From contig JANJGN010000038.1 of the NCBI GenBank assembly GCA_026770705.1, positions 11,532,001-11,596,000 of the forward strand: 64,000 nt of DNA, in the 5' to 3' direction. Numbering within the stretch: the first letter of the stretch is position 1; each line of letters begins with the position of its first letter. The position numbers and the translations under genes were made by a program. Below the pieces are notes generated by a model. It was not told the DNA's origin, searched no databases, and saw only the letters and a program-made list of their open reading frames with translations. This stretch comes from Isurus oxyrinchus. Its lineage: Eukaryota. Positions 13,391 through 24,680 of this stretch are shown here, one piece after another.

Positions 13391-15750
13391 ATGCATGGAT
13401 TGCCAAAATGTCTGATTTTCATCATATACTATCCCGTCCTTGCAGCGATCAGGATTCCAGGTTAAGGATTTTGGTTTGCTATGTTATTGAAATCATTGTT
13501 TAATCACTTTTCTTTGGTTTGCTTTCATTTTAGTGAATCGTTGTTCGTATTTAGCAGCTTTGCTTCTGCATGGTACGATATTCTTTCTCCCATTAAACAG
13601 AACAATCTATCAACATTACGCGACATCTTTCCACTTTATCAGCTCGACAATGTCACTTTTTTCCACTTCAAGGGAAATGTTTAATTTAATTCTCCATTTT
13701 AGCAACAAAATTGTTTTCTTTTACTGACATGATTAGTCGTCATCACATGTCGAGTCGCTCAAGTTTTTCCGTGTCATTTCTTCCCTTGCACATAATTTCT
13801 CCCCAACGCCAGAATAATAGTTCAGCAGTAACAATGCACTATCTTCCCTGAGCTAGTAATATTTAGTCAGTTTAATTGGACACTTTCATCTGTTTACCTC
13901 CACCATTCGAGGTTTCAGATGTTATTTTATTTTATGCTTGGTGTTTTTAAAAAAGGTTATGTATAACGCTGTTACCACTGAGGAAATGTTTTTCTGTTGT
14001 GTCAATGGCATTCTCATCGTGTGTGAATTATTACAGAGGAACTGTATCTGTATTATCTCATGCATTTCCCTTTCACCTATCGCTCCGATATGAACAGTAT
14101 TTATCTGATAAATTTGTGCAGAATATTAAATGACTGGCCGAGAGTTTATTGTCTTAGCGGAAACCTGGCACCCTGGGCGGTGAAGACTTCTCAGGGAGCT
14201 GAAGTTGGTCTTGAATCCAGGATCTTTTGACTCCAAAGCTAGACGACTTTCAACTTAGCAGCAATTGAACCTTTAACTGTGTGTGGATTTCCTCACTGCT
14301 GTGAGGGACAGTTGTGTTCGCTGCACGTCATCATAACTCAGGAGTTGTAGTTACCCTTTATTTCCATCCAAAGGAGTTTTTTTTTTCCATTTTAGCTGTT
14401 TTCATTTGCTGGATTATGCCCACAGCAGCATCACTTTGTATTTAATTCCATTCAAAGCCATCTACTGAGTTTCTGTCAAATTATTAGGTCGATTTAACAT
14501 TGTGTCCCTTCTGTTTTCCAATGTTCTATCCTGTTCTTCTCTAAACAGCAAGCAAGAGGATACTTGATCGTTTTTCAATGAACTGAGTAAAAATTCTGCA
14601 ATTTGAATATTCACTATAGGGCCGAGCCCGCATTCTTCCTGTAAATCAGCACAGTATTGACGATTTGCTGTATTTTGGAATGAGTCTTTCTTTCTCCACT
14701 GGAGCATATAAGTCATAGGACTGAAATGGGAACATTGCTCTCTTTTCATGACCGATGCTGTATTTGTGAGTTTCTCAATATTTTCTGTTCTATATTCATT
14801 TGTCCCCACCGCAAATTTACTGGTTATATTCCTCTGTCACAGCTAATTTGGCAGTAATTTTGATCCTGTCTCGAGGAAGATGCGGTCTCACTGGATGTAT
14901 CACATACTATCTGATGTCGTTGGCCGTGACGGATCTCCTGATCATGATCCTTGCGGTGATGTTAAACCGGATTGCAGGTACATATTTCCCATTAAGTTTC
15001 CTTTCCATCACTCTGGCCTTTGCTCTCAGTCTTTTGTTCATATATGGCGTCAAGGATTCTTCTGTCTGGGTGACAGTTGCTTTCACCTTTGATTGATTTG
15101 TAGCCATTTGTTGCCAGAAGCTGAAAACCAAATATTGCACCAAGAAATCGGCAGCTGTGGTCATAGGAACTGTCTGCGTTGTGCATTGTGCTAAAAGAAT
15201 ACCCTTGTACTTTGCTTGTGAACCTTCTGTTATCACGGACAATACACCCTGGTACTGCAAACTAAAGCCAATATTGTATTCATCACCCGGATGGGTGGTA
15301 CATGACAGCATAAATGCCGTTTTAACCCCTTGTCTCCTATTCGTTCTTATTTTGCTGCTCAATGTTCTGACGGTCAGGCACATTGTTGTGGCCAGTCGAG
15401 CCCGCAGAAGACTCCGAGCCCACAGCAAGAGTGATAACCAAAGCGACCCAGAGATGGAGAAGAGGAGAAAGTCCATCGTTTTATTCTTTGCCATATCGGG
15501 AAGTTTCATCCTGTTATATTTCCTCGCTCTTATAACTTTCCTCTACGCACGAATTGCCAGCGTTAGTTATTTCGATGGCTCGAATTTCAATCAATCAAAT
15601 GTTATACTGGAGGAATGCAGACTTATGCTGCAGCTTTTAAGTTCCTGCATCAACCTGTTTATTTGTGCAGGTACCCAGAGTAAATTCAGAGAGGAGTTAA
15701 AGAATGGCTTGAAATATCCATTGAGTCTGATTGTTAATTTATTTAAATGA
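13391..15750 (+). pseudogene. GPR139-like two-exon GPCR gene (exon 1 13391-13460, exon 2 14843-15750; 325 codons) with one in-frame TGA at 15094-15096
   Basis: Exon 1 MHGLPKCLIFIIYYPVLAAIRIP + phase-1 donor ccag|gttaag. Acceptor tcacag|ct aat. Exon 2 ANLAVILILSRGRCGL...SVWVTVAFTFD*FVAICCQKLKTKYC...DPEMEKRRKSIVLFF...LQLLSSCINLFICAGTQSKFREELK...LFK*. Seven TM segments; ORFs 14800..15096 and 15157..15750 are in the same frame. Confidence 0.92.
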
Positions 15751-16719
15751 TGAAAGCAGTGAAATCCAACATGAATTCTACACAATACCGAACAATTGTT
15801 GTTGTTTGTACATGTTCCATATGGCTTCCAGCCGCAGAAAAAGAGTTACCTCCTGCCTGACGTGTGAATTCAGAATAATATAACTAACTCTGCATTTTTC
15901 CAGTTAGTTTTTATTTTTTGTCCCCTTTCCAGAACGGGCCTGGTACATTCCCAACTGCCCCTAAGGTCTCGGGGTGTCTCGATTTTCATGCAGGAGACAA
16001 AGTGTCCGACAAAAATGTATAACTTGGCAACAAAGTTTCACCATTAAATGTAGGAACCTTGCTATCCCTCCTTCCTTTGTTTTGGATCTGGATGGCGCCC
16101 TGAAATGGAAAGGAACACTGTCCCCATCCATTGTTCTACATTGAGCAGGCTCCACTTCACACTTGAACTCGTTTTCCCATAAACATAGGAACAGGGAATT
16201 GAAGTGTTACAGACACAGATAAAGTAAACATTTTGTTCACCACTTCCATTTGGCAATGGAGGCGAAATCCGCAGGGTCATCATACAGTACAAGTCACATT
16301 GGCAACAATCTCCCCTTTTAAATGATTACAAATCGCAACTGGCCAGAACAAATAAAAAATGCCAAATTTAATGGAAACATTATCTTCACCATCCACAATG
16401 CACTATAAGAGTTTATTGCCATCCTGATACAGAAACAGTAATTAGAATGAAATTGTGGGTTATGCTTCGCAATGACCCCATATCCCAATCGTGGGTAAAT
16501 ACTACACACTTACTATTATTTGAACTTTCCCGTGTCGTGACTTACAACCGCACAGAAAGTCTTAAGATTGAGCATTGCTCTCAGCAGAAAACCCAATCCA
16601 AGGCATTCATGCTGTGTACATATTATCACTCGTTATGTCTTCCAGTGATAGTTGAAACAGACCGATTGCCCTACACTTTATAAGAGCTTTGCATAAAGAA
16701 TTATGTAGCCGAAAAATGC

Positions 16720-17110
16720 ACATGTTGTAGAAACTTATGGTCTAGCACTCATCAGGACAATTTGCAAGAGTTGTGCCTATTTCAACTGATCAAAAGACGG
16801 GAGAACCAGTCTCTGGCTCATGCCCTCATGAAATGTCTTGACCAATCAGAGTCAACATACTTGATTTGAATGTAAACAATGGTTGACAGTTAACTTCCAT
16901 TCATCAAGTCACTATCGCATTCTCTATTGCAATGCCACAAGTGATCCGTTTTCACTCGCCAATCAATCATCACACTCTTCTCATGACGTTAAAAGTGTTG
17001 TCCATTTGACTTTTTTCTTACTCTTGCGAATTGTCCTGATGAGTCCAAGATGAAAAGCTTCGAAAGCATGTGTATTTGATCAGCACTCTCACATTCTGTT
17101 CTACCAAACA
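16720..17110. mobile_element. Penelope-like element terminal remnant with inverted repeats and a hammerhead-like core
   Basis: ctcatcaggacaatttgcaagag (~16748-16770) is the inverted repeat of ctcttgcgaattgtcctgatgag (17021-17043). The same tail recurs at ~23640 and ~45740. Confidence 0.6.
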
Positions 17111-17111
17111 A

Positions 17112-18512
17112 CGAGTGAGTCTCACGTCAGTGGTCGGGAAACTATTGGAGAAAATTCTGAAGGAAAGAATCTATCTTAACTTGGAGAGAGAAGGTTTGAT
17201 ACGAAATATTCAGCATGGATTTTTCAGAGGTAGGTCATGCCAAAAAAATTTTACTGAGTTTTTGAGGAGATGACCAGGTGTGTAGATGATGGTAGTGCAG
17301 TTGATGTAGTTTATATGGATTTCAGAAAAGCCTTTGACAAGGTCCCAAATGGCAGCCTTATAAATAAGGCAAATGTGCATGGGATACAGGGTAATTTGAT
17401 AAAATGGATTATAAATTGGCTTAGTTGTAGGAGACAGAGTGTGATGACAGAAGGCTGCTTTAGTGACTGAAAACTCGAGACCAGTGGTTTACCATAGGGA
17501 TCTGTGCTGGGTCCCCTATTGTTCGTTATTTATATAAATGACATAGATGACTATGTGAGGAGTATGATTAGTAAGTTTGCGGATGACACAAAGATTGGTT
17601 GGTTGGTTTACAGTGAGGTTGAGAGTCTTGGGCTGGAGGAAGATATTGGCGTGGTGGTCAAATGGGCAGATAAGTGGCAGATGGAATTTAACCCTGGAAA
17701 GCGTGAGGTTATACACTTTGGAAGAAGTAATTTGACAAGGAAGTATTCAATGAACAGCATGACATCAGGAAGATCTGACAAACAAAGGGACCTTAGTGCC
17801 TGTGTCCATAAGTCTCTGAAGGCAGAGCGGCGTGTTAATGGGGTGGTGAAGAAGGCATTTGGGACACTTGCCTTTATCAGTCGAGGCACATATTGCAAAA
17901 GTAGAGGGGCCATGTTGGAGTTGTACAGAACCTTGGTGAGACCACAGTGGGAGAGCTGTGTGCAGTTTTGATCGCCAAATGATAGGAAAGATGTGATTGC
18001 GCTAGAAGTGGTGTAGAGGAGGTACACCTGGATGCTGCCTGGGCTGAAACATTTAAGTTATAAAGAGAGGTTGCATAGACTTGGGTTATTTTCAGCATAG
18101 CAGAGAAGACTGAGGGGCGACCAGTTCAAGGTGTACAAGACTGTGAGGCGTATGGACGGGGTGGATAGGGAGCAGCTGTTCCCCTTAGATGAAGGCTCAG
18201 TCACGATGGAACACAAGTTCAAGGTGAGGGGCAGGAGGTTTCGGGAGGATGTGAGGGAAAACCTTTTTTACCCAGGTGTTGGTGACTGTCTGGAATACAC
18301 TGCCTGAGAGGGTAATGGAGGCTGGTTGCCTCACATCCTTTATAAAGTGCCTGGATGAATACTTGGCACGTCCTTACATTCATGGTTGTGGACCAAGTGC
18401 TGGTCAATGGAATTAGTTAGGTAGGTCAGATGTTTCTCACGTGTCAGTGCAGACTCGATGAGCAGAGGGGCCTCTTCTGCACTGTGCGAACCTGTGATTC
18501 TCTAATTCTGTG
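17112..18512 (+). mobile_element. CR1-type LINE 3' part (RT domain + 3' UTR), decayed
   Basis: VSLTSVVGKLLEKI, QHGF, DVVYMDFRKAFDKVP, LGPLLFVIYINDID, ISKFADDTKI, WADKWQMEFN. Confidence 0.95.
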
Positions 18513-19399
18513 ACTACATATTCAACTCTCCATGAAGTGATTGTCATGATTATAAACAGCAGAATCAAATCTCTAAATTCGCTGACCTATCAACAATTAA
18601 AGTGAATGAGCAACTCTCTTCTCACCCAAACATTGTTTTAATCATTTGCTTATATGGGTGAATGTACTTGAATTTGAAAGAATGGGACAACTGGCAATAT
18701 GCTTCCTCGCCAATGGTGCAACTGAACGATTTCTTACCTGTGGAAACATTTCAATAAATCTCCAGCTGGGGTGGGCAAACGAATGCCTTTCTATGGTCCA
18801 GGTATTTCCAAGGTTTGCTTCTGTAGAGTATGTCCTGTCTCTGCCCAGGTTGGGTAATCCGTTGAAACCTAGTCCACAGACAGAAGTGTTGCAGGGTCTC
18901 TCCCCATTGCAAATGCTGCAACTTCAATTGTAATTCTGTGTAAGTGATTGCAGATCATTGGATAGCCATTGCATTGGAACACTCTCAGTTGGGTGCGTGT
19001 TTTCTTGTGCTTCAAGCAACACCGGCCTTTGAAATAAAATTCCACTGATTGTATTGGCAAACATTGATCCTTTTTTTGTTTTACTTTCTGTTCTCCATTC
19101 CCGGGATCCACTCTCGCAGTTGTCTGAAAGAATTGCTTTTGGATGGTTTTAGTTTTGCATTTACCCAGTAGCCTTTGAGTTCCCCTCCTGAAGATATTGA
19201 CTCAGAGGAAAAGCAAGATACATACAGCTGCTCTAATATTTCCTACAATTCAATTAGCTCATGGGTAATCTATATATAATTTGCATCTCCCCACCTTAGT
19301 TTTATTCTCTTTCAATGGTTTTCCTGAAAGTAGTCAATCTATCTAATTTTCGCATGTTTGATTGACTCCGATTGTCTTTGAACCTTTAGGAGAAAATGG

Positions 19400-20050
19400 T
19401 CAAGGGGCATGGTAACATAGTAATTATTTTAATGGAATAAAACACGAAATCTATTTTATTGATTCGGGACATAATTTAAGATCCCACAGCGATGGCTAAA
19501 ATAGTTGAGTTAAGTTCTCTAAATACAGCTGAAATTAAGAAGGCAAAGAAAAAGAAAAATGACGCATCACGAATAATCACCATGAAAGTATATTCTTATC
19601 AAGAAGGAAGAAAATGCGTTCTGTTTCATTAATGCATCTTAGTGGAAGGATTGTGCTTTAGGTCCCCTGCTTAGTGTACATGTGATTCCCGACACAAAGA
19701 GATGTACTTAAGTGTTAACTGTGGTCTGAAATGGTCGAACAAGCCACTATGAAACAAAAAAAAAAGTAACAGTGTGAGGAACACTCGTGATTTTCCTAGG
19801 TGCTGGAAGTTACAAAGGTAAAGCCAGCCCAATCGATCCTGCAAAGCCCTCCTCATTCACATATTGGGACATGACAGCTGATCCACAAACTAGCCAATGG
19901 AAAGTCTGACATTGTCGGACTCGCCGAATCAAACCATTGAGAAAATGTTCCAAACTCTTCCATCACCAGCTCTGATTATGTGTTGTCACAATGGCATAAT
20001 AACAAAATGTATAGTAAAATGTGGCACGCTATTTGGCCACAACAGGATGG
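19400..20050 (+). mobile_element. 5' end of second-family LINE: SINE-like head/core followed by an APE endonuclease start
   Basis: The core matches the reverse complement of the SINE at 48240-48605 up to aacaagccact. It then encodes LANGKSDIVGLAES...VPNSSITSSDYVLS (APE DIVxLxES-type motif). Confidence 0.5.
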
Positions 20051-20649
20051 AACATTTGTCCTCAAAATCCAAAAGGGCAAAATGACAATTAAATTTAAAC
20101 TATGTTCAGATATCTCTTTGAGTTTTGCGAACAGCAATTAGATCTCTTGGCCTTGAAGGAAAAAGCTTTGTAATCCTGAATACAACAATATCATTGCAGT
20201 AAAAATACTACAATGTGCATTCGTTGGCTAGTAATTATAAAAACGTCTATCTTTCAAATTTGCGCCTACAGTTTTGGAGCCAATGTAGTTTTTAACCGCC
20301 AGGCATCAGAAAGGATAAGAAGTAAAGCACACAATTTCAGTTATTGACCTGTTACAGCCATCTTCTTAATTGGGATGATCCATATAGAAAAGTCGTTTTC
20401 AAAGTGGTCATCATATCAGTAGTTGAATGTTGCAATTGTGATCCATCTTTGAAAGTAATAATACCAGGCATCCAGTGTAGTTATACTACAGATAGAATCC
20501 CATGTGAAAGTGTTTTCATAATTATATGCCAATTTGAATTTTGTCTAGTTAGCAAATCTCATGTGAATTTTGATTGCTTCCTATACTAGGCTGTGCTATT
20601 AAAATCAGGGATTTGAATTGTTTATTTCTTCTTGATGCTTTCACATGTC

Positions 20650-20990
20650 CTGGATGTCACTAAGCAGGCCATCATTTGTTGCCCATCCCTAATGCCTTTG
20701 TCCTGAGTGGCTTACTTGGCCATTTCAGAGGGCAGTTAAGAGTCAACCACATTGTTGTGGGACTGGAGTCACAAGTAGACCAGGCTAATTAAGTGAACCA
20801 GATGGGATTTTACAGCAAACTGTGATAGTTCCATGGTCACTATTGCTGGGGCTAGTTTCATAATTTATGATTCATTCAACGAGTTGAAACTCTATCTGCT
20901 GACGTGGTTTGATTTGATCCTCTGTCTCTAAAGTATTAGCCTTGACACCTGGATTATTAGCTTTATGACAGTGCGATGGCGCCACCATCA
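20650..20990 (-). mobile_element. tRNA-head SINE with LINE-derived 3' tail
   Basis: gcccatccctaatgcc...agagtcaaccacattg...ggagtcaca...ctggattattag; same family as 9150-9450, 48240-48605 and 61450-61750. Confidence 0.6.
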
Positions 20991-22289
20991 TCCCAATGAA
21001 ATGGAGAGAAAAAACATACCGGGAAACAGAGAATTTAAGAAATCACACATACAATTGCGCTGCTTTAGGTTACACTGGGGATACGTATCTCCCTTCAGTT
21101 TACTATTGTACTTCAACCAACATATTGGTTTAATTTGTCCAATCCAGATATTTGAAGAAAGTTTATTTCAGTTTTAAACTATTGTATCGCAATTAACCAA
21201 TTATAAGGAACAATAATTCATCGAAATAGATTAAATTATTTGAAAAGCAAGTACACAAAAATATATCTGCAGTCTCTTTGTCTGCAGTGCTTTAGGCAAA
21301 CTCGCAAAATGGCCACAGCCTTCCCTTTCGGGCCTGAAAATACCTGGGTATATCTCAAGTTATCCTGGAAGACTCAAGTAGCCCAAAATTGGAACTCCAG
21401 GTTAACAAAAAAAATGTTGTCATGATGCAACAGCGACACGAGTGGTACTGTTCACGAATCAGTTGAAGAGAATAGAACAAACCAAGTTTCTACTCATCAG
21501 GCAATTGAGTAACGCCGTGTATGAATTCCAGCACCAGGCAAGTGAGTCAGAGGTCCCAGCGATTGGTTGGTCGAATCAAACAAAATGTCCCTCCACCCGG
21601 TTCATAATATACAGAACAAAGATCCAACTGAAGCAGCCCGCGCTTGTAAAACTTGAATCAAAACTCCAACAATTAGAGACGATTCCACGATTGGTCAGCA
21701 TTCGTTGAGCAGTCTTGAGCGCGCTAATTGCGGCACAGTAGCAAGAACTTCAAGGTGATCCGTCAAGTTGGTCACGTGGCTCATTAAAACTTGTCAGGGG
21801 CAACATGCATTCATAAACAAGGACTGGATCTCTGCAAGCTAAATTAATTTTCCAAGGTCTTTCAAAATTTGTGTGCAGAATTAGGCTTCGCTGGCTAGGT
21901 TAACATTTATTGCCAATCACTAATTGTCCTTCGGAAGTTGATGGTGAGCCGCGTTCTTGAACCGCTGCAGTCCATGTAGTGTACATACAGGTACAGTGCA
22001 TTTAGGGAGGAAGTTCAAAGATTTAACCTCCATGACAGTGAAGGAACGATGATCTGATTCAAAGTCTGGATGGTGTGTGGCTTGGAAGAGAACTTGAAGC
22101 CGATGGTGTTCTTATTCATTTCCTGTGCTTGATCTTCCAGGCAGTAGAGATCGTAGGTTGGTAAGATGATGTCTAAGAAGCCTTGGTAAGATCCTGAAAT
22201 GCATTATGTAGGTTGTTCACAACTGCTGCCTCTTTGCATCGGTGCTGCAGGGACTGAATGTTTGTCGATGGGGTGGTAATAGACAAGTG

Positions 22290-23470
22290 ATAATAAGAAA
22301 TTGCAACATCAGTAAGCCATTCGGCCGTTCAACCCTCCCCCCCCCCATTCAATAACACCATGGCTGATCTGCCCCAGGCCTCAACTCCTATGTACTGCCA
22401 GCTCTCCATGAAGATCAACTCACGATATTTCAATAATCTATCCATCTCTTTTTTAAATACCTTCAGAGATCAAGCCTCCACAACTCTCTGGGGTAGAGAA
22501 TTCCAGTCATTCAATACTCTCAGAGAGAAGATATTCCTTCGCAACTCAGTTTTGTATGAGTGGCCCCTTATTATGTAACTATGTCCCCTAGCTCGAGATT
22601 CCGCCACGAGATCGAACATTTTCTCAATATCCACCTGCCAACAACCCCTCCCCTCAGGATTCTGTTCATCTCAATAATATAATTCCTCATTCCTCTAAAC
22701 TCTAATAAATAAAGTCCTAGTCTGTTCAGCCATTCCTGATAAGTCAACTCCTTCATCCCAGGAATCAGCCTAACGAATCCGCTTTGAACTGCATCTGATG
22801 CCAATATATCATTTCTTAAATACGGGGACCGAAACTGTACATAGCACTCCAGGTGTGGCCCCACCGAAGCCAGCACATTTGTAAAAATACCTCCCTATTT
22901 TTAAAACTGTAACCCCCTAGCAACACAGGCCAAAATGCCATTTGCCTTCTTAATTACTTGTTACATTTGCATGTTGACGTTTTGTGTTTCGTACACAAGA
23001 ACAATCAGATCCTGCATGTTTTTGGGGTCTCTCTCCATTTTAATAATAGTCTGCCTTTTGATTCTTCCTACAAAAGTGAATGACCTCACACTTTCTTGCA
23101 TTAATCTCCATCTGCCAAGTGTTTTTTTTTTTTCCCACTCACTCAACCTATCTACAACCCCTTTTATATTCCTTATGTCCTTTCACAACATGGCTTCTCA
23201 CCTATTGTTGTATCTTCAGCAAATTTGGATACATCACACTCTGTCCGCTCCTCCAAGTCATTGCAATAGATAATAAATAGTTTAGGCGCCAAGACTGATA
23301 CTTCTGGCACTCCATTTGTTGCGTCTTTCCAATGCGTCTGAAAAGGACCCATTAATCCAGACTCTCTGTCTCCTGTGTGTTATCTAATCCTCAGTCCATA
23401 CTAATACATTTCTCCCAATACTGTGAGCTCTTATCTTGTGCAATAATCTTTTACATGGCACCGTATCGAA
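22290..23470 (-). mobile_element. CR1-type LINE 3' fragment
   Basis: Minus ORF 22571..22876 PHLECYVQFRSPYLRNDI...LNRLGLYLLEFRGMR. Confidence 0.9.
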
Positions 23471-24249
23471 TGTGCCAGTCAAGCGCATTGCTTTGTCCTG
23501 GATAGTGCTGAGGTTCTAGACGGTAGGTCATCTTTTGAGTTGCCTAAAATCATGGGGAGCTAACGGCTCTCCATTGCATTCTCCATGGCTGCGCTCGGCC
23601 AATCAGCTTCGAGTTCCTTTGATCGTTTGCAATTCGGGATTCATGATGAGTGCAAGACAATAAGCTTCCATAACTTATCCCTCATTTTCAGCAATACACG
23701 TAATTCTGTACTACCAAGTGACAACTTGTGACAGATGTTCCTCATCCCTGTCATCATTTCAAAAGCTATAAAATCCTTGCAAAATGTTCTTCCCAGAGCT
23801 GGACTCAAATGCTCCAGCTGAGCCAAACCGTTCTTGTGTTTTTATCATAGATTGCTACCTATATAATCAAGCTTCCTGTATGCCGATTTATAAACATATG
23901 GAACATGTATTTTGCTCCTGCAATCCCATTACAATCATATCCTTTATTCGAGTTTTCTTATCCTTATTCTTCATTCGAAGGTGATTCACTTGACAGATAG
24001 CTACGTTAAAGTTAAGCTGCCAACTTGTATGCCCATGTTATAAATCTGTCCATGGTTTTTGGAAGTTCAGCACCCCCGTCACATTAGTTTGCAATATTTC
24101 CAAGTTTTGTCACATCTGTAAGCTTTGAAATTATGTCACGTACACTCAAGTCAAAGCCATTATATATATCCAGAAAAAAGGTGCTGACACCAACTCCTGG
24201 CGAAATCTTCCTCCAATTTGAAACATTTTTTGACTCGTCAGGTCACTTT

Positions 24250-24680
24250 TTAAGAATACCGATGTAAGAGGAAAACAGCAATTTATACTGCATGTGAAGA
24301 GAGTGCTGATTGCTTGGCAAGTGGACTCCGGCAGAGGAATTATCATAGAGAATGCACGAATTATGGCGACTGAAAGTTAACTCCTAAGCTTTGTTTGAAA
24401 TTTTAGCTAGGCAGCTTGGCCTTGATTAGTCAATGCATTGCCTTGAGGAATGAGTCAGCGAATGGCTGTCACTTATTGTATTTAGCTGAACCAGGCACAA
24501 TGTGTGTGCATGTCTTTTCTGCTTGCAAAGAACAGGGCCCTGTGTATTGAAATATGCAGCGTCCAAATACATGCAAATGCACCACTCTGCAAGCCCAACT
24601 GATAATCTGAGTTGGTTGTCAGCGTTATTCCTAGCGCAATTAATTTTATTTAGCAAATGTTCTCGAGTTCCGAATCGCAT
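24250..24680 (-). mobile_element. Penelope-like element, GIY-YIG endonuclease C-terminal remnant and 3' region
   Basis: EHLLNKINCARNNADNQ...LDAAYFNTQGPVLCKQKRHAHTLCL resembles the PLE C-terminus pattern (HLL..C...LEA.YI....P.LC.QK). Confidence 0.7.

Noticed and set aside
14907-15509. 200-aa minus-strand ORF
   Set aside because: Antisense shadow of GPCR exon 2.
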